Shown here piece after piece: positions 32,206 through 40,906 of a DNA stretch of 43,259 nt. Each line of letters opens with the position of its first letter. The first letter of the stretch is position 1. Below the pieces are notes generated by a model. It made no database searches. It saw only the letters and a list, made by a program, of their open reading frames with translations, and was not told where the DNA came from. The DNA comes from Myxococcales bacterium (GTDB lineage: Bacteria; Myxococcota_C; UBA6777). Location: contig JALTMC010000623.1 in assembly GCA_027005175.1 (NCBI GenBank), positions 1-43,259 of the forward strand. Reading direction: 5' to 3'. The position numbers were made by a program, and so were the translations under genes.

Positions 32206-32634
32206 ATGAAAAAAATAGTTCTTTATCTTGTATTGCCTTTGGTTGTCTTTTTTGTGGCGATTCAATTTGTCCCTGTTTCACGAACCAATCCTGCGGTGAC
32301 TGCAGATCTTGTTGCTTCACCCGAAGTTAAGAAGATCCTGCGCACCTCTTGTTATGATTGCCATTCGAATGAGACGAAGTGGCCATGGTATAGCCGTGTT
32401 GCTCCCATCTCTTGGCTGGTGGCCCATGATGTGAAGGAAGGTCGAAGTGAGTTAAACTTCTCACTTTGGAATTCCTACAATGCAAGAAAGAAGAAACAAC
32501 TCAAGGCTGATATCTGGGAAGAGGTGGAAGAAGGAAGGATGCCTGTCAAAATGTACCTTTGGACACACTCGAAAGGTACACTGGATAAGAAGAAAATAGC
32601 GATTCTTGAAAAATGGATACGAGCGAAAAAGTAA
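32206..32634 (+). CDS. Haem-binding-domain (Haem_bd family) protein with N-terminal TM anchor
   Basis: CYDCHSNETKWPWYSRVAPISWLVAHDVKEGRSELNFSLW...EEGRMPVKMY matches the family signature (C.DCHSN.T.WPWY..VAP.SW....DV..GR..LNFS.W). Start at ATG 32206 (GGGAG upstream). Confidence 0.75.
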   Translation: MKKIVLYLVLPLVVFFVAIQFVPVSRTNPAVTADLVASPEVKKILRTSCYDCHSNETKWPWYSRVAPISWLVAHDVKEGRSELNFSLWNSYNARKKKQLKADIWEEVEEGRMPVKMYLWTHSKGTLDKKKIAILEKWIRAKK

Positions 32635-32958
32635 TAGACTTTGAGCGCCGTTCTCCAAAACTTAGACAAATCTACCCAGAGGGTAAATTGATGTTTGGTT
32701 GACGCTTCAACGAAAGAGCAGGATCGATTCTTGCTCCTATAGGATCGACAACTCAACAATATTGACTATAGATAATTACTCCCATACAAGTAAGAGCAGT
32801 GTTAAGGACGTTTGAATGATGCCGACAATTTAATATATCGTAGGGTTCGCGGGCCAACAAGAAAGCTGGAAAGGTTGTTGGATCAACGATCCTACAACTC
32901 TCGCAGTATAGCTGTGCTGAGAAAAAATACTATCGTTTTTTATTATAACAATCCATGG

Positions 32959-33060
32959 CGTCAACGACCCCCACCTCATCCGGACTTCGTCCTGTAGACT
33001 CTACCAGGCCCGCGATCGAGAGGGGGTTTCCACGCCCACAACATAAAAGTTTTTTTCTGA
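32959..33060 (+). repeat. Compact (~100 bp) copy of the TGTAGAYTC cassette
   Basis: cgtcaacgacccccacctcatccggacttcgtcctgtagactctaccaggcccgcgatcgagagggggtttccacgcccacaacataaaagtttttttctgat joins the 5' and 3' modules seen at 5058-5123 and 5383-5455. The terminal ATG is ATA here. Confidence 0.9.
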
Positions 33061-33125
33061 TAATTGTGTCACTCCTGCACAAGAAGGAGTGTTTTCACAC
33101 CACACCAAACCAACAGAAGGACCCC

Positions 33126-33971
33126 ATGCAACAAAGTCACGAGCTATTCCATATCCACCTTGTCTCCGATGCTTCAGGAGAGTTAACCGATCTACTGGCA
33201 CGCTCAGCGATCGCCCAACTGGAGGGTGTGATGGTGGAGAGGCATTTATGGAATATGGTTCGAAAGACAAGTGATGTAAAAGAAGTACTGATCGGAGTAG
33301 AGAAAGACCCAGGCATGGTTCTACATACGGTTCTTTCGCGAAAAACCCGACAGTTACTTGAAGAAGGCTGCCGTGCTCTTCATGTGAAATGCATCGCAGC
33401 ACTAGAGCCATTTGTTGAAGCCTTTGCAGAACACTTCGGAGCCCCCATTCATTACCGACCCACACAATACCTCCGCGACAACGATTATTACCGACGTATG
33501 GAAGCCATGCGTTTCAGCCTTCGTCATGACGATGGACAAATCGCCTATGGCCTAGATGAAGCAGATATCATCCTGTTTGGTGTCTCTCGAACATCAAAGA
33601 CCCCTCTATGTGTCTATCTGGCCAACCGTGGCTACAAGGCAGCCAACATCCCTGTAGTACCGGGACTTCCGCTACCAGAATACGCTTTAAAAGTTGACGT
33701 GCCTTTAAAAGTAGGCCTGACCATGGATCCGTCGATACTGGCTGATCTTCGACGCCAACGATTGCGAAAAAGTGGATGGCAAACTCCAGACCCCGAATAC
33801 GCCAACACGTCAGCAGTAGCCCGAGAGGTTGCAGAAGCCCGTCGATTGTACCTACAACAAGGTTGGCCTGTCGTGGATACAACCATGCGATCTGTGGAAG
33901 AGATCGCTGCCAGTATCATAAAGATATTCTTGCGACGAACCTCCCGACGAGCCAGTGCCCTTCATCAGTAA
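33126..33971 (+). CDS. Pyruvate, phosphate dikinase regulatory protein (bifunctional kinase/pyrophosphorylase, DUF299/PpsR family)
   Basis: HLVSDASGELT, ADIILFGVSRTSKTPLCVYLANRGYKAANIPVVPG (P-loop). Adjacent to ppdK. Start at ATG 33126; the upstream ORF extension runs across the repeat cassette. Confidence 0.85.
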   Translation: MQQSHELFHIHLVSDASGELTDLLARSAIAQLEGVMVERHLWNMVRKTSDVKEVLIGVEKDPGMVLHTVLSRKTRQLLEEGCRALHVKCIAALEPFVEAFAEHFGAPIHYRPTQYLRDNDYYRRMEAMRFSLRHDDGQIAYGLDEADIILFGVSRTSKTPLCVYLANRGYKAANIPVVPGLPLPEYALKVDVPLKVGLTMDPSILADLRRQRLRKSGWQTPDPEYANTSAVAREVAEARRLYLQQGWPVVDTTMRSVEEIAASIIKIFLRRTSRRASALHQ

Positions 33972-34045
33972 GAACACCATGACTTGCCATGGTTTCTGCA
34001 AAAGGCAAGTTCCACCGGAAGCTCTCTGTTTTGAGTGTCAACGAA

Positions 34046-34301
34046 GAATCACATCAACGAAAAGTCTCATCAACGAAGAGTCTCATCAATGAAGAGTCAC
34101 ATCAATGAAGAGTCACATCAATGAAGAGTCACATCAATGAAGAGTCACATCAATAAAGAGTCTCATCAATGAAGAGTCACATCAATAAAGAGTCTCATCA
34201 ACAAAGAGTCACATCAATGAAGAGTCACATCAATGAAGAGTCTCATCAATGAAGAGTCTCATCAATGAAGAGTCTCATCAGTGAAGAGTCACATCCGTGA
34301 G
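34046..34301. repeat. 16-bp tandem repeat x16 (GAGTCWCATCAATGAA) between the convergent PDRP and ppdK genes
   Basis: Units in register from 34046 to 34301. There are two unit variants (GAGTCACATC / GAGTCTCATC). 15 of 16 units contain GANTC. Confidence 0.95.
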
Positions 34302-34315
34302 GGATCGAAAGAGGG

Positions 34316-36961
34316 TCAACGAGTGAGGATGCCATACTCATTCTTGATGGCAGCTTGTGCGGCGGCAAGGCGAGCAATGGGAACGCGGTAGGGGCTACAA
34401 GACACATAGTCGAGTCCCACTCTATGGCAGAACTCTATGCTGGAAGGCTCTCCACCGTGCTCCCCACAGATTCCCAACTTGATACCGGGTCGAGTCTGAC
34501 GTCCTTTGACAACAGAGAGCTTGATGAGTTCCCCAACACCTGCGCGATCGAGGACCTGGAACGGATCGTATTCGTAGATGCCAAGCTCCACATACCGCTG
34601 CAGAAACTTTCCAGAGTCATCACGGCTGAAACCACAACCCATCTGCGTCAGGTCATTGGTGCCAAAGCTGAAAAACTCAGCTTCTGTTGCAACTTCATCA
34701 GCGGTGAGAGCCGCACGAGGGACTTCAATCATCGTTCCAATTTTGAAGTGGTCAAGCTCTTTGCCATGCTCCTGTTTGAGTTGTTCATACACGTCCAGAA
34801 CAACCTTCTTTTGGTGCGCCAACTCTTTCACATTACCAACGAGCGGGATCATAATCTCAGGTTTGGAGCCAGGGACAGCATACGCTGCCTCGATCACAGC
34901 GCGAGCTTGCATCGCCGTGATCTCAGGATAGAAGATACCGAGGCGACAACCACGATGACCCAACATGGGGTTAAATTCATGAAGTGCTGCCACAGTGTCT
35001 TGAATGTGTTGAAGACTGGTCCCTGTCGCCTCTGCCATCTCCTCTTGGCCTTCCTTGTCGTGAGGCAAGAACTCATGTAGGGGTGGGTCAAGAAAGCGGA
35101 TTGTGGCCGGTTTACCATCCAAAGCCTTGAAGATTCCGATAAAATCCTCACGTTGGTAGGGCAACAACTCATCGAGACTCGCTTTGCGTTCGTCTTCATT
35201 GTCAGCCAGGATCATCTTACGCATGGAGACAATCCGCTCTCCTTCAAAGAACATATGTTCGGTTCGGCACAAACCGACTCCTTCCGCACCAAACTTAATC
35301 GCCACAGCGGTATCCTGAGGAGAGTCTGCGTTTGTGCGGATACCGAGCTTTCGGTATTGATCAGCCAACGTCATGATCGTTCTAAAGGGACCTGTCAGTT
35401 GTGGGTCAACAGTATCGATTTCCCCCTGATACACCGTACCCCGAGAGCCATTAAGGCTGAGCCAATCTCCTTCCGAGAGAGTGGTGGAACCAAAGGTTAC
35501 GGTCTTTGCATCATGGTTGATCACAGCCTCTGGACAACCCGCGACACAACACTTGCCCATCCCACGAGCAACAACGGCGGCATGGCTCGTCATACCACCT
35601 CGGCTCGTAAGAATCCCGCTCGCAACATTCATCCCACCAATATCTTCGGGGCTGGTTTCAACCCGAACCAGTATCACTGTTTTTCCCTGGTCACTCCAAG
35701 TTTCCGCATCATGAGCTGAAAAAACGATCTGGCCTGTGGCTGCTCCAGGGCTTGCAGGTAGCCCCTTCGCCAGAATCACTGCACGATCCTCTGCGCCGGG
35801 ATCAAAGGCTGGATGCAGTAATTGATCAAGCTGATTCGGATTGACCCGCAACACCGCTTCTTCTTCGGAGATCAAGCCCTCGTTCATCATATCAACCGCG
35901 ATTCGAACAGCGGCGGCTGCGGTTCGTTTGCCATTCCGTGTTTGCAGAATATACAGCTTGCCCTGCTCTATCGTAAACTCTAGATCTTGCATCTCAAGAT
36001 AGTGTTTCTCTAGCTTGGAGCGAACCTCAACCAGCTCGTCAAAGCAGGATTTATCCACACTTTCCAGGTGACTGATCGGTTGGGGTGTACGAATCCCAGC
36101 CACCACATCCTCACCCTGGGCGTTCATTAGGTATTCACCATAAAACTCATTGGTTCCATCGGAGGGATTGCGTGTAAACGCCACTCCAGTACCGCTGTCT
36201 TCCCCCATGTTCCCAAAGACCATGGCCTGAACATTGATCGCTGTTCCAATCAATCCACGGATGTCATTGATCTCACGATACTTCTTTGCGCGGGGATTGT
36301 TCCAGCTACCAAAAACGGCATTGATGGAAGCCTCCAACTGCGCTCGCGCATCTTGTGGAAACGATGTGTTGTTTTGGTCATAAACATCTTTGTATTCTAC
36401 GATCACTTCCTTCAAAGCTTCAACACTAAGCTCTGTATCACTCTTAACCTTGTATCGTTCTTTCACCTGTTGTAAGGCATCTTCAAACTCATGATGCTCA
36501 ATCCCCAACACCACATCCCCAAACATCTGAAGAAACCGTCGGTAGGCATCCAGAGCAAAGCGCTCATTCTGGGTGAGTTCGATTAAAGCGGGCAAGGTCT
36601 CATCGTTTAAGCCCAAGTTGAGGACTGTATCCATCATCCCTGGCATCGAAATCGCAGCTCCCGAACGCACCGAGAGTAGAAGAGGGATAGGGCCACGACC
36701 AAAGGTCTTGCCTGTCAGTTCTTCGAGCTTCTCAATGTTCGTGGTAATTTGTTGTTCAAGCCCTTCAGGGTAGGAGTGATTGAGCTTATAATACAGATCA
36801 CAAACCTCCGTTGAGATGGTAAAGCCCGGTGGAACAGGAAGACCGATACTCGACATCTCCGCAAGATTGGCTCCCTTCCCGCCAAGCAACTGCTTCATCT
36901 TTGCGTTGCCTTCCGAAGCATTTCCCCCAAAGAGATAGACATACTTTGTACTCTCGCTCAT
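34316..36961 (-). CDS. ppdK: Pyruvate, phosphate dikinase
   Basis: 881 aa. KYVYLFGG...LLGGKGANLAEM..GLPVPPGFTISTEVC, GGMTSHAAVVARGMGKCCV (phospho-His loop), FFSFGTNDLTQM, ICGEHGGEPSSI. Confidence 0.95.
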   Translation of the reverse strand: MSESTKYVYLFGGNASEGNAKMKQLLGGKGANLAEMSSIGLPVPPGFTISTEVCDLYYKLNHSYPEGLEQQITTNIEKLEELTGKTFGRGPIPLLLSVRSGAAISMPGMMDTVLNLGLNDETLPALIELTQNERFALDAYRRFLQMFGDVVLGIEHHEFEDALQQVKERYKVKSDTELSVEALKEVIVEYKDVYDQNNTSFPQDARAQLEASINAVFGSWNNPRAKKYREINDIRGLIGTAINVQAMVFGNMGEDSGTGVAFTRNPSDGTNEFYGEYLMNAQGEDVVAGIRTPQPISHLESVDKSCFDELVEVRSKLEKHYLEMQDLEFTIEQGKLYILQTRNGKRTAAAAVRIAVDMMNEGLISEEEAVLRVNPNQLDQLLHPAFDPGAEDRAVILAKGLPASPGAATGQIVFSAHDAETWSDQGKTVILVRVETSPEDIGGMNVASGILTSRGGMTSHAAVVARGMGKCCVAGCPEAVINHDAKTVTFGSTTLSEGDWLSLNGSRGTVYQGEIDTVDPQLTGPFRTIMTLADQYRKLGIRTNADSPQDTAVAIKFGAEGVGLCRTEHMFFEGERIVSMRKMILADNEDERKASLDELLPYQREDFIGIFKALDGKPATIRFLDPPLHEFLPHDKEGQEEMAEATGTSLQHIQDTVAALHEFNPMLGHRGCRLGIFYPEITAMQARAVIEAAYAVPGSKPEIMIPLVGNVKELAHQKKVVLDVYEQLKQEHGKELDHFKIGTMIEVPRAALTADEVATEAEFFSFGTNDLTQMGCGFSRDDSGKFLQRYVELGIYEYDPFQVLDRAGVGELIKLSVVKGRQTRPGIKLGICGEHGGEPSSIEFCHRVGLDYVSCSPYRVPIARLAAAQAAIKNEYGILTR

Positions 36962-37501
36962 CTTTCAAACTCCTCTCTCATTTTTTGCCCTCCAGTCTCA
37001 AAGCATTCCCTCTATAATGGAAAAGTGTCAGCAAAGCGATGATCCATGTCAATCCATCACCTGAGTTTCGGCGACGGATGGGTCCAAGAATCACAAAGTC
37101 CTATTTTTCCTTCAAAATACGCCATGAAGAATCTTGTTTGCAACGTCATTGGAAATAAATCCCGTTTGCATTTGTTATGATTAAACCTCGTGGGTGTTGT
37201 TTTCGTTGCAGTGCAACAAAAACCCACTCTCCAAGAAGGAAAGCGTGAAAGAAAGTAGATTCAAGCTGGAGAAAAGTGTTCCAAAGCCCCTACAAAACTT
37301 AAGTTCAGATTGATTGAGATGGATATCATCCGAACTCAAGTTTTTGACAAGGAAAGCAAGATATGGTAGAGGTGCTCTTCAGATGTTCAACATTTGCAAA
37401 GTGTTGTCACACAATTGTCACGCAAGTCAGGGATTTCATACCTATAGAGTTCTGCTCAAGGATTCCATGCCCCATGCCTGTAGAGTTCAGATAAAGATTC
37501 T

Positions 37502-37828
37502 ATGTTTATAAAGACTATTAACATTTTGATGATTGTGCTAGCCTTCCATAGTGTGGGGCTTTGGTGTGATGATTGCTCTATATCCATCACAGGTATCGCC
37601 TGTCAGCACAATACAACAAAGCAACATGAAGAGCATGAAGAGCATGAGGAAGGCTCAGAGTCTTCCAGTGAGCCATGTATGAATAGTCTTTGTAGCCTAT
37701 GTGGCCACGCCCTCTTCCATCAGACATTTCCAATATTTGCTTTACCCAAAGCTCCCTTCCAACTCGTACAACCACTGTTTTACCAATACAACCCCACAAG
37801 AGACTTCTTTCGTCCCCCCCAAGGATAA
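37502..37828 (+). CDS. Hypothetical small exported His/Cys-containing protein upstream of the efflux operon (weak call)
   Basis: N-terminal hydrophobic segment (INILMIVLAFHSVGLW), HEEHEEHEEG tract, CMNSLCSLCGH. No clear SD and no recognisable family. Its position is analogous to small periplasmic proteins found upstream of czcC-type genes. Confidence 0.3.
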   Translation: MFIKTINILMIVLAFHSVGLWCDDCSISITGIACQHNTTKQHEEHEEHEEGSESSSEPCMNSLCSLCGHALFHQTFPIFALPKAPFQLVQPLFYQYNPTRDFFRPPQG

Positions 37829-38250
37829 AGAGGCTTCACTTCCATACGTCTCTATTTCACGCACAATTGGTGGCTTTGGCTTTGTGACTCATTGTCCATG
37901 CAGTGGTATTTCTTGTTACACATTGCACAGAGAAACACTCACATTGCCCCCCCAGTGTTCAAAGTAGCAGACGATAACTCTTGGCAGTGGGCTATACTCT
38001 AGGAACGGGGCCAAACAACTTGAGCATTTCAATCTACAGCCTATGAGCTACCAGGTGTGTTTTTGAAACATCTGTTCGGTTGAGAAAGTCGCCATTCCTA
38101 TCATCACAGATTTGGTTGTCCATCAAAGACTCTGTTCAAAAAAACCGCAAGCGGTTCGCTGCAGTCTCGGCTTGAAATATTCTCACATTTTCGACAGCTT
38201 TCCTCTGCATGTGGACAAACAACCTATACATATAAGGAGTTTCTTGTACT

Positions 38251-39561
38251 ATGTGGAATAGCATGATACGGGCAAGTTTCGTATTTTTGTGGCTAGCCAT
38301 ACCTTTGTCAGGCATGGCAAACACACCCAAAGAGACGCTCAACGCACCTTCACCGACAATCACCCGGACAGGCGGATTAACACGTTCACAAGCCATTGAC
38401 TACGCCTACAAACACAATCCAACTCTGCTCGTCTTTCGAGCCAAAATCCGCCGGGCTTTGGCTCGCTTTAAAGGGAGCAAGATCTTTCCCAACAACCCAA
38501 GATTAACGGCTTTGGGTGGTGCTCAGTTACCGAGTGCCAGTCCCTCAGCTTCTCCTCTTTTGCCCCGCGTCGCTACTCGCCTTTTTCTGCCCTTGCCCGT
38601 CGGAGGTCGTTGGGGAAAAAAACAGCGCTGGGCCAAAGCTCAGCTACAACGGGTGAGAGCCGAGATGAAGCTGAGAAAGTACCATTTGTCCATACAGATT
38701 CATCGAGCCTGGAATAAAGCAGCAGTAGCTCGAAAACGCTATCTGCTTCAGCGGAATATCGCTGCATTTTTAAAGCGCCTGGCCAATCTGTCACGCAAGC
38801 GTTTAAAGCAAGGAGTGGGCAACCAGCTTGAATACCAACTTGCTATCACCTCAGAGCTTCGTGCAACACAAGCAGAGTACAACGCGAGCGCAAACTATCG
38901 ACAACAACGCCAACAACTCAGTGCTCTCTTGGGTTGGCCCACACCTGCAACCCTACAGATTCAGAATGACACAATTCCAGAACCTCCAGCCGCCCCGTCA
39001 CTCTCGGCACTCCTCCGTCGAAATTTGCCGAATCACCCGATATTGTTACTTGCCAGAGCCGCTCTAGAACAAAGCAAGACAGGATTGCTATGGGCGCAGG
39101 CCAAAGGGATTCCAGATTTAACGGTAGTCATGGGCTACTCCTTGGAAGATGGAGCACACATTGTCACAGGCGGTATCTCCATTCCACTGCCCTTGTTTTG
39201 GCGCAACCAAGGAGGCATAGGACAACAGCGTGCAAAGATATTACAATCCAAAAGGATGATCGTGTCTCAACGTTTTATCTTACGCCAAAAGGCCCTTCGA
39301 GCACTCAGCCATTATCGAAATGATCTAAAAGTCATTGGCATCTTCAGGCAGCGGCTTCAATCGGCACAGAAGCAATTTAGTTTAATTGAAAAAGGTCTCA
39401 AACTTGGGGTATTTACTCCCCTTCAGACACTAACAGCGCAACGCAGCATCGTAGGCAGTCAGTTGCAGCAATTACAGCTTATATCACATGCCCTCTCACA
39501 CTATGTTGATGTGTGTGAGGCTGTAGGCTTGTCCCCTCAGTGGACAGGGAGGAAACCATGA
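38251..39561 (+). CDS. czcC: TolC-family outer-membrane efflux protein (CzcC-like OMF)
   Basis: Signal peptide (FVFLWLAIPLSGMA), LTRSQAIDYAYKHNPTLL opening typical of OMFs, two-repeat coiled-coil-rich composition. Its stop overlaps the next start (ATGA). Confidence 0.8.
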   Translation: MWNSMIRASFVFLWLAIPLSGMANTPKETLNAPSPTITRTGGLTRSQAIDYAYKHNPTLLVFRAKIRRALARFKGSKIFPNNPRLTALGGAQLPSASPSASPLLPRVATRLFLPLPVGGRWGKKQRWAKAQLQRVRAEMKLRKYHLSIQIHRAWNKAAVARKRYLLQRNIAAFLKRLANLSRKRLKQGVGNQLEYQLAITSELRATQAEYNASANYRQQRQQLSALLGWPTPATLQIQNDTIPEPPAAPSLSALLRRNLPNHPILLLARAALEQSKTGLLWAQAKGIPDLTVVMGYSLEDGAHIVTGGISIPLPLFWRNQGGIGQQRAKILQSKRMIVSQRFILRQKALRALSHYRNDLKVIGIFRQRLQSAQKQFSLIEKGLKLGVFTPLQTLTAQRSIVGSQLQQLQLISHALSHYVDVCEAVGLSPQWTGRKP

Positions 39562-40895
39562 ATAACAAATCAATGTTACTTGGCTGGCTATTATCCGGAG
39601 CCCTCTTTTTTGGAGGCAGTGTTGTCTTGTATTTCACATGGAATAACGTAGACAGCGGAAGCTCTGCCAAAGCAGCAAAGCACGATGAGCACAAAGGTCA
39701 TGACCACGGTGATTCTGGGAAAAAGCATGCAGACCATGATGAGCACAAAGGTCACGACCACGGTGGCTCTGGGAAGAAACATGGTGGGCACGACGATCAT
39801 GGCAATGGACAGGAAGTCAAACTTAGCAGTGGAGCCTTAAAGCGAGTCACGATCAAATCTGTACGAGTGATAGAGACAAAGGCAGCGGCTCATCAGATCT
39901 CTGCCGTCGGTCGTGTTGCACTTCCTCCCAAAGCGGTCAGTCGGGTAGGTTCGCGTGTAGAAGGCCGTATTGTTCGATGGTTTGTGAAACTAGGGCAGCG
40001 TATCAAACGAGGGCATCGCCTGGCTTTGCTTGATAGTCCTGCTGTAGGACGCGCCAGAGCCGCCTTTTTAAAAGCTCACGCACTAGAGAGGTTGGTCCAC
40101 ATCGAACACAAACGGACAAAACGCCTCAAGCGCTCAGGTCTTGCGTCCTCCAAACAATTGTTGGCAGCAAGGGTGGCCCACCAAAAAGCAAAGATCAATC
40201 TTCGCATGGCACGGGCTCAGTTGCGAATACTGGGTGTCTCTGAACCTTCCAAAAACCAACTGAAGCGGCTCTCTGGTCTGTTTGTACTACGAGCCCCCAG
40301 TTCGGGAGAGATCACAGAGATGCCCACCACTCTGGGTGCATGGGTCAACCCCCAGACAACGATCTTGCGTATCGAAGATCGATCCAAGATCTGGGTATTG
40401 CTGGAGATCTACAGTCGTGATTTTCCATACATTCGAGTGGGTCAAAAGGCTCATCTCTACGGACCTGGCGTACACAAACATCTGGAAGGAACAATCCAGT
40501 ATTTGTCCAGTCGCTTTGAGCGCGGCGCTCAAACAATCGAAGCTCGCGTAGTACTCCCCAACCCAGGTGGCAGAATTCGACCCAACCAATTTTTGTATGC
40601 AAAGATCCAGTCGAATCTCCAAACCAAAACAAGCAAGAGCAACGCCAAGTCACTGTTGATTCCAGAAAGTGCGATCCAGCGTATTGGTCAAAGACAGATC
40701 GTGTTTGTGATGGGCAAAAAACCAGGACATTACAAAGTGAGAACCGTAGTGACCATCGAAGCTCCAGGAGGTTATGCCAAAGTACTCTATGGACTCAAAC
40801 ACGGTGAGCGGATCGTGTCAAAGGGCACCTTTGTTCTCAAGTCGGAGCTTCAACGCAAAGCATTGGAAGAGGCCGGACACGGCCATTCCCATTAA
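39558..40895 (+). CDS. czcB: RND efflux periplasmic adaptor (CzcB/CusB-like MFP) with His-rich N-terminal repeats and a C-terminal HGHSH
   Basis: GGGAGGA 4 nt upstream, ATGA overlap with czcC. The barrel-sandwich/lipoyl-like core reads VGRVALPP...VGSRVEGRIVRWFVKLGQRIKRGHRLALLDSP. 54-bp tandem repeat at 39681-39788 encodes HDEHKGHDHG.SGKKH x2. Confidence 0.85.
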   Translation: MNNKSMLLGWLLSGALFFGGSVVLYFTWNNVDSGSSAKAAKHDEHKGHDHGDSGKKHADHDEHKGHDHGGSGKKHGGHDDHGNGQEVKLSSGALKRVTIKSVRVIETKAAAHQISAVGRVALPPKAVSRVGSRVEGRIVRWFVKLGQRIKRGHRLALLDSPAVGRARAAFLKAHALERLVHIEHKRTKRLKRSGLASSKQLLAARVAHQKAKINLRMARAQLRILGVSEPSKNQLKRLSGLFVLRAPSSGEITEMPTTLGAWVNPQTTILRIEDRSKIWVLLEIYSRDFPYIRVGQKAHLYGPGVHKHLEGTIQYLSSRFERGAQTIEARVVLPNPGGRIRPNQFLYAKIQSNLQTKTSKSNAKSLLIPESAIQRIGQRQIVFVMGKKPGHYKVRTVVTIEAPGGYAKVLYGLKHGERIVSKGTFVLKSELQRKALEEAGHGHSH

Positions 40896-40906
40896 AGGAG
40901 GTTTCT

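Noticed and set aside
32955-33125. N-terminal 57-aa extension of the PDRP ORF (MASTTPTSSGLRPVDSTRP...).
   Set aside because: The extension is a translation of the repeat cassette; a homologous peptide appears in the spurious ORF 5039..5236. The family-typical N-terminus (HLVSDASGE) follows the Met at 33126, which has a GAAGGA upstream.
34046-34301. The 16-bp x16 array as a coding repeat, a CRISPR array, or replication iterons.
   Set aside because: The period is not divisible by 3 and TGA appears in every frame. There are no spacers. I saw no rep/dnaA gene, DnaA boxes or AT-rich unwinding element nearby.
34355-35719. Long plus-strand ORFs (241, 188 and 117 aa).
   Set aside because: They are antisense shadows of the highly conserved ppdK gene.
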